Both the position numbers and the translations under genes were made by a program. DNA of 15,380 nucleotides from Calditrichia bacterium (lineage in GTDB: Bacteria; Calditrichota; Calditrichia; RBG-13-44-9), in the NCBI GenBank assembly GCA_037381445.1, contig JARRQT010000087.1, positions 1 to 15,380 of the forward strand, written 5' to 3'. The notes under the pieces are model-generated. The model did not search any database. It had not been told where the DNA came from and saw only the letters and a list, made by a program, of their open reading frames with translations. Every line of letters begins with the position of its first letter. Positions within the stretch are counted from its first letter, which is position 1. Of this stretch, positions 8,321 through 15,380 are shown piece by piece.

Positions 8321-9178
8321 TTATCTGAATAACTGTAACAAGTTATTCGGTGCTGCATTTGCCTGCGCTAGCTGCGTGGTGGACGTTTGCTGGAGTATCT
8401 GGAGTTTGGTTAGTTCCAGTTGCTCCTTGGCAATGTCGGCATCCACAATGCGGCTGGAAGCAGCGTCCGTGTTAGTAATGGCAACCTGTAAATTGGCTTC
8501 CTTGTAATCCAACCGTTGCATTTTAGCACCAATGTCCTGCAATTCGGAACTCACACTGGTAATCGCAGTATTCACGCTGCTCAGGAAATTGGCCATGCTG
8601 GTGGCGTCCGCCAGAGAAGCGGAATCAATTCCGTTCAGACCCAGCGCATCGGAAGTGAGATGTGTGTTGTTCAGGCTGACTGTGATGGTAGATGCGGTTG
8701 CATCATCGGTTAATCCAACCGTCCAGCTCACATTATTCAATCCGTCACTTCCCAGCAGCTGCGTTCCGTTGAATTGTGTTTCCCCGCCGATTGCCTCAAT
8801 TTCTTCCAGCATATCAGTGATTTCGTTCGCCAGCGCATCTCTTTCCGATGTGCCATAGGAACCGTTACCGGCCTGAATGAGCTTTTCCTTAATTCCCACC
8901 AGAATTTCGTTGATGTTGTGCAAACCACCTTCCGCCACTGAAAGCACATTCTTGGCTTCACCGACATTGTTCAATGCCTGGCCAAGCGAACGAGAGCGGG
9001 CGTTGAGCTTTGTGGCCAGTGTGTAACCGGCCGGATCGTCCGCCACTGAATTAATTCTTTTCCCCGTAGACAACCGTAACTGATGCGTTCCGATTTTGCT
9101 GTTGATCGTGTTCAAGGCGTTAAACGCATTGAGCGCGCCAACATTGGTGTTAATCCGAGAGCCACTGTAAAAAGCCAT
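8321..9178 (-). CDS. fliC: Flagellin (paralog 2), short D0/D1-type, 285 aa
   Basis: RINTNVGALNA, RLSTGKRINSVADDPAG, ETQFNGTQLL, IGAKMQRL, SRIVDADIAKE and QILQQ...LAQAN...LLQLFR. Confidence 0.97.
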   Translation of the reverse strand: MAFYSGSRINTNVGALNAFNALNTINSKIGTHQLRLSTGKRINSVADDPAGYTLATKLNARSRSLGQALNNVGEAKNVLSVAEGGLHNINEILVGIKEKLIQAGNGSYGTSERDALANEITDMLEEIEAIGGETQFNGTQLLGSDGLNNVSWTVGLTDDATASTITVSLNNTHLTSDALGLNGIDSASLADATSMANFLSSVNTAITSVSSELQDIGAKMQRLDYKEANLQVAITNTDAASSRIVDADIAKEQLELTKLQILQQTSTTQLAQANAAPNNLLQLFR

Positions 9179-9184
9179 AACTTT

Positions 9185-9229
9185 ACCTCCTTGTATGTTT
9201 ATTTAATCATTTCAGGCATCCATGCCTGA
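9185..9229 (-). promoter_or_regulatory. CsrA-binding leader of flagellin 2 (hairpin-loop GGA plus SD GGA)
   Basis: TCAGGCA-TGGA-TGCCTGA hairpin (9229-9212) displays ATGGA; SD ACAAGGAGGT at 9194-9185. Confidence 0.75.
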
Positions 9230-9247
9230 TTTAGTTGCCTACTATAA

Positions 9248-9274
9248 TAATCGTCTGGTAATTTGGGAACTTTA
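9248..9274 (-). promoter_or_regulatory. Sigma28 promoter of flagellin 2
   Basis: TAAA-N15-GACGATTA versus the consensus TAAA-N15-GCCGATAA. Confidence 0.8.
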
Positions 9275-9356
9275 GTTTTTTCCAAATCCTTGTCTGAGAA
9301 TTCCTGCCTGTTGAGCGAAAGCCACAGAAGAGGATTCGAGAGGATGACGTCCCTAT

Positions 9357-9390
9357 AAAAAAAGAGGCCACCTCAAAGGGCGGCCTCTTT
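9357..9390 (-). terminator. Intrinsic terminator after flagellin 1
   Basis: Minus strand reads AAAGAGGCCGCC-CTTTGA-GGTGGCCTC followed by T7. Confidence 0.8.
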
Positions 9391-9405
9391 CAGTGGCTTT
9401 TGGTG

Positions 9406-10260
9406 CTACCGGAACAAGCTCAGGACGCCTTGGGGGGCTGCGTTAGCCTGAGCCAATTGGACAGTCGATGTCTGCTGCAGAATTTGAAGCTTGGTCAACT
9501 CCAATTGTTCTTTGGCGATATCGGCGTCCATAATACGACTTTTTGCTGCATCCGTGTTGGTGATGGTAATCGACAGGTTCTGCTCTTTGAAATCCAGACG
9601 CGAAACTGCCGCACCAATCTTCTGCAATTCGGAACTTACGCTCGATATTGCAGAATCAACGCTACCCAGCAGTGCTGCGTTATTGGTCGAGATTGTTGCG
9701 GAATCAATACCGCTCAAACCCAGACTTGCAGAATCGAGGGCGGTACCGGTAAGATCCACAGAAAGTGTTGAAGCTGTTCCGTCATCAGTGAGACCAACAG
9801 TCCAGGACCTTGAAGAACTTAGTCCGGTCGAGCCCAGCAATTGCGTACCGTTAAACTGGGTTTCAGTTTCAATCGATCCGATTTCATCCAGCATGTCGTT
9901 GATTTCCTGGGCAAGAGCATCCCGTTCGGCGGTACCATAAGAACCGTTACCGGCCTGTATGATCTTCTCCTTGATGCCGACCAGAATTTCATTGACATTG
10001 GACAATCCGCCTTCCGCCACGGATAACACATTCTTCATCTCACCGGCATTGTTTAACGCTTGGGTCAAACTGCGCGAACGCGCTTCCAGTTTTTTCCCCA
10101 GCGTATAGCCGGCGGCGTCATCGGCAACGCTGTTGATGCGTTTGCCGGATGCCAGTCTCATCTGAATGGTACCCATTTTGGAATTAATACTGTTGAGGGC
10201 GTTGAACGCATTTAACGCGCCAACATTGGTGTTAATGCGGGATCCAGAATAAAAAGCCAT
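9406..10260 (-). CDS. fliC: Flagellin (paralog 1), short D0/D1-type, 284 aa
   Basis: Same flagellin motifs as paralog 2. Start set at ATG 10260 (MAFYSGS, identical to paralog 2, with an ACAAGGAGGT SD) instead of 10305. Confidence 0.97.
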   Translation of the reverse strand: MAFYSGSRINTNVGALNAFNALNSINSKMGTIQMRLASGKRINSVADDAAGYTLGKKLEARSRSLTQALNNAGEMKNVLSVAEGGLSNVNEILVGIKEKIIQAGNGSYGTAERDALAQEINDMLDEIGSIETETQFNGTQLLGSTGLSSSRSWTVGLTDDGTASTLSVDLTGTALDSASLGLSGIDSATISTNNAALLGSVDSAISSVSSELQKIGAAVSRLDFKEQNLSITITNTDAAKSRIMDADIAKEQLELTKLQILQQTSTVQLAQANAAPQGVLSLFR

Positions 10261-10264
10261 AACA

Positions 10265-10301
10265 ACCTCCTTGTTTTGTGGTTTTTGAGAATCCCTTCTC
10301 A
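10265..10301 (-). promoter_or_regulatory. CsrA-binding leader of flagellin 1
   Basis: TGAGAA-GGGA-TTCTCA hairpin (10301-10286) displays AGGGA; SD ACAAGGAGGT at 10274-10265. Confidence 0.7.
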
Positions 10302-10389
10302 TCATGACAGTCTGAGTAATTTGGGAAGAACAGCGACTGCCAGCCGTAACTTCCTATGTCATAGACCAGTGAAACATTTCTAATTTATA

Positions 10390-10416
10390 CTATCGGTACT
10401 TTTTATATGGACTTTA
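10390..10416 (-). promoter_or_regulatory. Sigma28 promoter of flagellin 1
   Basis: TAAA-N15-ACCGATAG, 9 nt downstream of the glycosyltransferase stop. Confidence 0.85.
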
Positions 10417-10425
10417 GGAAAATTT

Positions 10426-12183
10426 TTATGATACCGTGCTGCAATATTCAATAAGCTTTTCCAGCTGTCCTGTTTTGGCATAAAGTCCGCCGAGCAGCTT
10501 TCTGATCCGGGCTGAATGTTCCGGAAAAAGGCCCAATGCTTTATGCAATACTTCAATGGCCTTTTGAAACTCCCGGGATTTGATGTATACCGCGGCGAGT
10601 TTATAATGGGTATCCCAGATATGCCTGTTCTTTTCCAGCGCTTTCAGGAATAGATCCACCGCTGCCGATAAATTGCTTTCTTCCAGCGCCAGAGTACCCA
10701 GGCTATCTAAAATGATCTCATCTGCATACCGATTATTCACTCCCCAATCCAAAAATCTGCCGGCCAATGCCCGGTCATTCAATTTGGTTGCCAGGCCCCC
10801 TAGCATTTTTATGGCTGAAGTGGGATGGTCGAAATGATCCATTTTGTCTGCGAAGAAACTCAGCATATCAGATATCCGATCAGCGGGCCAATCAATATTC
10901 TGTATGCTGAAAATCCATTTTTCCAATAATGATGATGAAAACTTGTCCGCCGTTTTGAAATAAATAATCCCATGTTCAAGAGCGCTGGCAAAATCCTTTA
11001 AGGCATAATGGTACAGTGTCAGCCGGACTTCGATGGTTTGCGCTGAAAAGTCTTTATCACTGCTCAGTTCTGAAAAAGGGATATCTGCATTTTTCCAAAG
11101 CATTTCCAGATGGTAGATGGCTTCCTGCCAGTTGCCCGTTTTGGCATGGCATTCCGAAGCCAGGAAATAGCCGGCTCGCTGGCTGGGGGCAATTTTAAGA
11201 GAATCCGAGACATAGTGAAGCGCCTGTTCATAGTCACAGGCTTTATATAATTCTTCGGCAATGATCAATAGAGCGCTTGATACAATATTCACCGGCAATA
11301 TATTGAATTCAATGGCCTTTTTCAGATGATCGATGCCGCGTGCCTGCTCCTTCATTAATATATATGTTCTGCCAAGTTGAAAATGGGCATAGGCATTATT
11401 GGGATTGTTTTTTAGCTCCTCGCGAAGAAGGTCCAAATTCCGCTCAATTTTTTTCCGGATGATATCAGCATCCTGGGCATACCCGAGATGTTGAATAATG
11501 ACATCCAAGTTTTTAAAACGTGCCCCGGCCCGCACCAGGGAGGGCGCAATCTGTTCATGCACTTTTCCCTCGAATTGCACGCCGTCGAGTTTCCTGAATA
11601 ATCTGGGATAGGGCATATCGTGGTAGTCCTTACCGAGAACGCCCGATTCGTTACTCCGGACCTTCAACTGATATACATCGGCATCACCCGAACGGACCGC
11701 TTTCAGAACGGTGTTATGATACGGCTTGTGCAGTCTTTCATCGGCGTCCAGATAGAGAATCCAGGGGCAGGTTGTCTTGCTCAGGGCGAAATTGCGGGCA
11801 GCAGCGAAATCTTTCTTCCAATCATAATGAAAAACTTTTGCAGCATAGTCCAGGGCAATATCCACGGTTTTATCTTCACTTCCGGTGTCAACAATGATGA
11901 TTTCATCCACCAGTTCCTGGACGCTTTTTAGACAATCCGCCAGAAAGTGTGCCTCGTTTTTAACAATCATACATAAGGAGATGGATGACGGATTTTTTTC
12001 AGGGAAGATCTTCTTGAGCATTTTTTCGATTTCAGCTCCGCTCCATCCTAATAGCCCGGAAATTTCATCTACTGTTAATCTTTCATAGAAATACAGACCC
12101 AGTACCATCCTGTCTTGTGAAGACAGCTTTTTCAATTTCCCCATGAGAATATCAACCTCAGGTTTAAGATGATGCCTGTTCAA
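10426..12183 (-). CDS. GT2-family glycosyltransferase with C-terminal TPRs (probable flagellin glycosyltransferase) and an N-terminal sigma28 region-4-like domain
   Basis: SLCMIVKNE, VDTGSEDKT, DFAAARN, WILYLDADE (DxD), FEGKVHEQ, IQHLGY and KIERN, then TPR motifs (NPNNAYAHFQLGRTY). TTG start with GGAGAGG RBS. Residues ~13-60 resemble FliA region 4. Confidence 0.9.
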   Translation of the reverse strand: MNRHHLKPEVDILMGKLKKLSSQDRMVLGLYFYERLTVDEISGLLGWSGAEIEKMLKKIFPEKNPSSISLCMIVKNEAHFLADCLKSVQELVDEIIIVDTGSEDKTVDIALDYAAKVFHYDWKKDFAAARNFALSKTTCPWILYLDADERLHKPYHNTVLKAVRSGDADVYQLKVRSNESGVLGKDYHDMPYPRLFRKLDGVQFEGKVHEQIAPSLVRAGARFKNLDVIIQHLGYAQDADIIRKKIERNLDLLREELKNNPNNAYAHFQLGRTYILMKEQARGIDHLKKAIEFNILPVNIVSSALLIIAEELYKACDYEQALHYVSDSLKIAPSQRAGYFLASECHAKTGNWQEAIYHLEMLWKNADIPFSELSSDKDFSAQTIEVRLTLYHYALKDFASALEHGIIYFKTADKFSSSLLEKWIFSIQNIDWPADRISDMLSFFADKMDHFDHPTSAIKMLGGLATKLNDRALAGRFLDWGVNNRYADEIILDSLGTLALEESNLSAAVDLFLKALEKNRHIWDTHYKLAAVYIKSREFQKAIEVLHKALGLFPEHSARIRKLLGGLYAKTGQLEKLIEYCSTVS

Positions 12184-12205
12184 TTTTGCCTCTCCGGATT
12201 TCAGT

Positions 12206-12451
12206 TTAGAATCTCACGTTCAGTAAATTTTTCAGATGTCTGGCGGCCTGGATCAGGTCGGTTCTATGAAACACAACCGCAGATTGATTCTGCTCGCGCA
12301 CCCGATCAATTAATTCCAGCCGGTAAATTGTGAGGGAGGCCGGAGCCTGAATTCCCAGTTGAACTTTGTTGTTATCGATATTAATTACTTTAATGGAGAT
12401 GTTATCTCCGATTACAATGTTTTCGCCTAACTTCCTTGTTAGTACCAACAT
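12206..12451 (-). CDS. csrA: Translational regulator CsrA (FliW-binding long form)
   Basis: MLVLTRKLGENIVIGDNI...VQLGIQAP...IYRLEL, with a C-terminal extension containing EQNQSA as in FliW-paired CsrAs. Confidence 0.96.
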   Translation of the reverse strand: MLVLTRKLGENIVIGDNISIKVINIDNNKVQLGIQAPASLTIYRLELIDRVREQNQSAVVFHRTDLIQAARHLKNLLNVRF

Positions 12452-12486
12452 ATTACACCTTCCATGGTTTGAATGTTCGCATCCTG

Positions 12487-12903
12487 CTAGTTTATTGCAT
12501 AAGAGACCGGTAATTCCTCAGGTGTCAGGATGACTTGTTTCCCTTCCTTTACCGAATAATCAATAATGATAGGCCCTTTCAGGTTAACAGTCATTTTCCC
12601 ATCTTCGCCTTTCAAAGTAACCACACAGAATAAATCGGCCAGCGTTTCCTTCGAGTTCAGTTCTTTGCTTAATTTCGGGGGAAAATGCTCAAGATACTCC
12701 TTTTTCACCAAAAGCGGATTCAGCACCGGAAATCCAAATTCTTCTTTGTCCAGCGAAATCAGCCAGCGAAAAGGTTCGGAATCTTCATCATTAATAATGA
12801 TGAATTTTTTATAATCCTCAAATCCAATAATTCCCTGCGGGAAATGTATGATGTTTTCTTCCGAAACCTCTAATTCGCCAAATTGCCGGGTTACTACTTT
12901 CAT
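12487..12903 (-). CDS. fliW: Flagellar assembly factor FliW
   Basis: TRQFGELEV, IHFPQGIIGFE, PFRWLISLD, FPVLNP and MTVNLKGPIII; adjacent to csrA. Confidence 0.95.
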   Translation of the reverse strand: MKVVTRQFGELEVSEENIIHFPQGIIGFEDYKKFIIINDEDSEPFRWLISLDKEEFGFPVLNPLLVKKEYLEHFPPKLSKELNSKETLADLFCVVTLKGEDGKMTVNLKGPIIIDYSVKEGKQVILTPEELPVSYAIN

Positions 12904-12992
12904 TCAATCATTCTCCGTTTCTGTTCAAACTGAAGTTTTGCAATTCAAATGCCAGAAGGCGAATACATTCACGCCTGTAATTCAACCGTTTA

Positions 12993-13021
12993 TTTATAAT
13001 ACAATTATCACGTCCTGGCAA
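12993..13021 (-). promoter_or_regulatory. Sigma70 promoter of fliW-csrA-glycosyltransferase
   Basis: TTGCCA-N17-TATAAA (5/6 and 5/6 matches) in the 176-bp flgL-fliW gap. Confidence 0.65.
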
Positions 13022-13079
13022 ACTCCCGTCCCGACTTTTTTATTCACTTTTTCGACAGGAGCGGAATAAATTTCGACAC

Positions 13080-13973
13080 CTACTGCATGTAATCGACCAG
13101 CGAAATGTTCAGTGTCTTGGCCAGAACCTGAAGCGCTGTCTGCAATCCGGTCTCCTCCGTTTGCAAATCCGTGATTGCCTTGGCCGCGTCAGTATCCTGA
13201 ATATCAGAAAGAATCTGCTTCAACTTCAGATCCTGCGTTTCATATTGCCGGGCAAACATATCGAAGCGGTTAATTTTTGCCCCCAAATTGGCACTCTGTT
13301 CCAGAATTTGATTTTGAGAACTGTCCACAGCGGCCAGTAAACCGCGCACCGCGTCCCCATCCTGTGCGCGAAATGCATCGCGCAGGTCAATTAAGGTCTG
13401 AAATATATCCGTACTGCCGGCAAAGGTGTCTTCTCCCGTAATGTTATATTTTTCAATTTTATTCTCGCCGATTTCCACCTTCAGTGATCCGCTGGTGCCA
13501 TCGGCATTCTGGCTGACCACGGTTCCGTCAGGGGATAGGACAAAGGGCGATTGCGTGGTGTTGGTGCCGCCAAAAACATATCGCCCCTTAAAGGTGGTAT
13601 TGGAAATATCAACCATTTGTTTGAGCATCTGATCGATTTGTTCCGCGAAGGCATTCCATTCATCAGGACTCAAACTGTCGGAACCCTGAACAGTTAATTC
13701 CTTGACATGGGCCAGGACATCGGTTGCATCGTTCAGCGCCTGGGCGGTAATGCTCATAAAATCGACAGCATTCTTCAGATTGTCCTGAAACTGCGCCATC
13801 ATTTTCAGGGATTTGTTAAATTTCATGACCTTCTCAATATTCTCTGGATCATCGGAGATCTGGTTTATCCGTTTCCCGGTCGCCAGATTCCGCTGCAGTG
13901 TATAAATACGTTCCCGGGAATTGTTTATTCTGCTCAGGAGATTCTGCACACTGTAATTCTGAGTGATTCTCAT
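13080..13973 (-). CDS. flgL: Flagellar hook-associated protein 3
   Basis: MRITQ, LATGKRINQISDDP, NTTFKGRYVFGGT, LGAKINR and C-terminal ISLVDYM. Confidence 0.96.
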   Translation of the reverse strand: MRITQNYSVQNLLSRINNSRERIYTLQRNLATGKRINQISDDPENIEKVMKFNKSLKMMAQFQDNLKNAVDFMSITAQALNDATDVLAHVKELTVQGSDSLSPDEWNAFAEQIDQMLKQMVDISNTTFKGRYVFGGTNTTQSPFVLSPDGTVVSQNADGTSGSLKVEIGENKIEKYNITGEDTFAGSTDIFQTLIDLRDAFRAQDGDAVRGLLAAVDSSQNQILEQSANLGAKINRFDMFARQYETQDLKLKQILSDIQDTDAAKAITDLQTEETGLQTALQVLAKTLNISLVDYMQ

Positions 13974-14040
13974 GACGGCATCCCTGCTGATTTAGTTTTC
14001 ATTAACTGCAATATTCATCAGTAATATCTTTTTAAAAATA

Positions 14041-15380
14041 TCAGACCATGTTGATGATGGTCTGCATCATTTCATCCACTGCACCCACCACTTTGGCGGC
14101 CGCTTCAAAAGAGCGCTGGTATTTTATAAGGTTTGTCATTTCTTCATCCAGCGATACTCCTGAGGCTGCATCGCGCTGGTTGGAAATCTGCTGCTGCAAC
14201 AATTCCTGGCTTTGCCGGGTATTCTGTGATTTCTGAATTTCGATTCCCAGACTGTTGATGGCGCCGGTATAAAAATCGTCCAGGGTCTGGCTGCCGCCGT
14301 TAAACATTTTTTGATTCCGGATATTGGAGATGGCAATCGCAACTTCACCATTCCCGGGAGTACCATCTACCGAGCTGGCAATATTGGAAACATCGTCCAT
14401 GATCTCCCGGGAAATATTGATGGTTCCGGCATCCGTGCCGGTGAAGAAATCAATGCCGGCGCTGGGTGTGGGCGGATCGCCTACTGGCAGTCTCTGTCCT
14501 GCTGAGTGGAGCCGGTTCACTTCGGTAACAAGATTGGAGGACAGCGTATCCAGTTTATCAAGCATGCCGGGAATGGTCTTGTTGTACATTTCCAACATGC
14601 CCCCGAGCCGGCCATACTGAACATCAGCAGTTTTTCCGTTAGAATCCATGAGCTGCAGCCGGATCTGAACGCCGTCATTAATGGTCTTGGCAGAGATGGC
14701 TTTGGCCTCCACGCCGGACACCAGATTCATCCCCTCGGTATTCACTGTGAGTTGCCCGCGTTGGTCTTCCGTATAGGTGATTTTGACATATTCAGAAAGC
14801 TTATCCAGCAGCAGGTCTCTCTGGTCGCGCAGGTCGTTAGCTTTGCCGGTGCTGATTTCTGCAGTGGTAATCTGCCGGTTGAGGTCCGCGATTTGCCCTG
14901 TGAGCTGATTTACCTGGTCTACGGCTGAGAGGGTATCGTTACGAATGGATTCCTGCATCGAAGCCAGTTGTTCATCTTTCCGGTGAAAAGCATCCACCAG
15001 ACTGATGGCCTTCTGGCGCAGCGTGCTGCGGATAGCCGTGTTTTCCGGATCGGCAGCCAGGTTACTGAATTCAGAAAAGAAATCGGTCATCAGATTTCCG
15101 ATTCCGGTTTCATCGGGTTCCTGCATAATCGATTCGAGCTGGGTGTAAAGATTCTCTTTGACCGTCGCATTTCCCAGGGAAAATGAGGTCTGGCGGTACT
15201 GGGCATCCAAAAGGCCGTCCCGGACCCGGACAATCTGCTCGCTTCTTACACCCAGGCCCAGCTGCCCCTGGGGAAGCTGCATGGGATAAGCTGCCTTGTT
15301 TTCTACCCGCTGCCGCGAAAAACCAGGGGTGTTCACATTGGCTATATTATGGCTGGTGATATCCATGCCCAGCCGGCTGG
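14041..15380 (-). CDS. flgK: Flagellar hook-associated protein 1; 5'-truncated by the window edge
   Basis: ITSHNIANVNTPGFSRQ, NDLRDQRDLLLDKLS and SGVSLDEEMTNLIKYQRSFEAAAK. The frame stays open (SRLG) upstream of Met 15366 to the window end. Confidence 0.96.
   Translation of the reverse strand, partial: SRLGMDITSHNIANVNTPGFSRQRVENKAAYPMQLPQGQLGLGVRSEQIVRVRDGLLDAQYRQTSFSLGNATVKENLYTQLESIMQEPDETGIGNLMTDFFSEFSNLAADPENTAIRSTLRQKAISLVDAFHRKDEQLASMQESIRNDTLSAVDQVNQLTGQIADLNRQITTAEISTGKANDLRDQRDLLLDKLSEYVKITYTEDQRGQLTVNTEGMNLVSGVEAKAISAKTINDGVQIRLQLMDSNGKTADVQYGRLGGMLEMYNKTIPGMLDKLDTLSSNLVTEVNRLHSAGQRLPVGDPPTPSAGIDFFTGTDAGTINISREIMDDVSNIASSVDGTPGNGEVAIAISNIRNQKMFNGGSQTLDDFYTGAINSLGIEIQKSQNTRQSQELLQQQISNQRDAASGVSLDEEMTNLIKYQRSFEAAAKVVGAVDEMMQTIINMV

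Noticed and set aside
9310..9330. GAGCGAAAGCCACAG resembling part of a c-di-GMP-I riboswitch
   Set aside because: It is on the strand opposite the flagellins and lacks the upstream GGCAAAC..GAAA..GG P2 elements.
10261..10305. 15-aa N-terminal extension of flagellin 1
   Set aside because: The paralog starts at MAFYSGS and a strong SD precedes ATG 10260; this stretch is leader RNA.
8321..10420. Flagellin phase variation by DNA inversion or gene conversion
   Set aside because: No recombinase gene in the window, no inverted repeats seen flanking the promoters, and the paralogs are heavily diverged at synonymous sites.
12004..12183. fliA pseudogene remnant
   Set aside because: No trace of sigma regions 2-3 and no room for them (csrA ends 22 nt upstream); the segment is in frame with the GT and has its own RBS, so a fusion domain fits better.
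6421..12920. ANGGA motifs before flaG, fliD and fliW as CsrA sites
   Set aside because: They are explained by ordinary SD sequences and have no supporting hairpin or extended consensus.
1..15380. CRISPR arrays, tRNA/rRNA genes, IS elements
   Set aside because: No regularly spaced repeats, cloverleaf motifs, transposase ORFs or terminal inverted repeats seen.

Overview
Bacterial chromosomal window with two converging blocks. Plus strand: the 3' part of a TIGR03545-like coiled-coil protein, then a three-gene sdhCAB (succinate dehydrogenase/fumarate reductase) operon. Minus strand: a late flagellar cluster, flgK (5'-truncated)-flgL-fliW-csrA-[GT2/TPR glycosyltransferase]-flagellin 1-flagellin 2-fliS-fliD-flaG-fliT/flgN-like-flgM, then an HU gene. 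The SdhA style and the N-terminally extended flagellins suggest an FCB-group organism such as Calditrichota or Ignavibacteriota (inference only). The most unusual signal is the flagellin-adjacent glycosyltransferase. It carries an N-terminal ~50-aa domain that aligns by eye with region 4 of the flagellar sigma factor FliA/sigma28 but has a degenerate DNA-recognition helix, so it may be an FlgM-binding decoy or sensor fused to the enzyme. Much of the regulatory wiring is readable in the DNA: three TAAA-N15-nnCGATnn sigma28 promoters (one inside the fliT/flgN-like CDS, ahead of flgM), a sigma70 promoter ahead of fliW-csrA, CsrA-type ANGGA sites (mostly in hairpin loops) at both flagellins, fliS, flgL, flgM and csrA, and a 17/18-nt non-coding motif shared by both flagellin upstream regions. 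All family assignments come from motif recognition; no searches were run.
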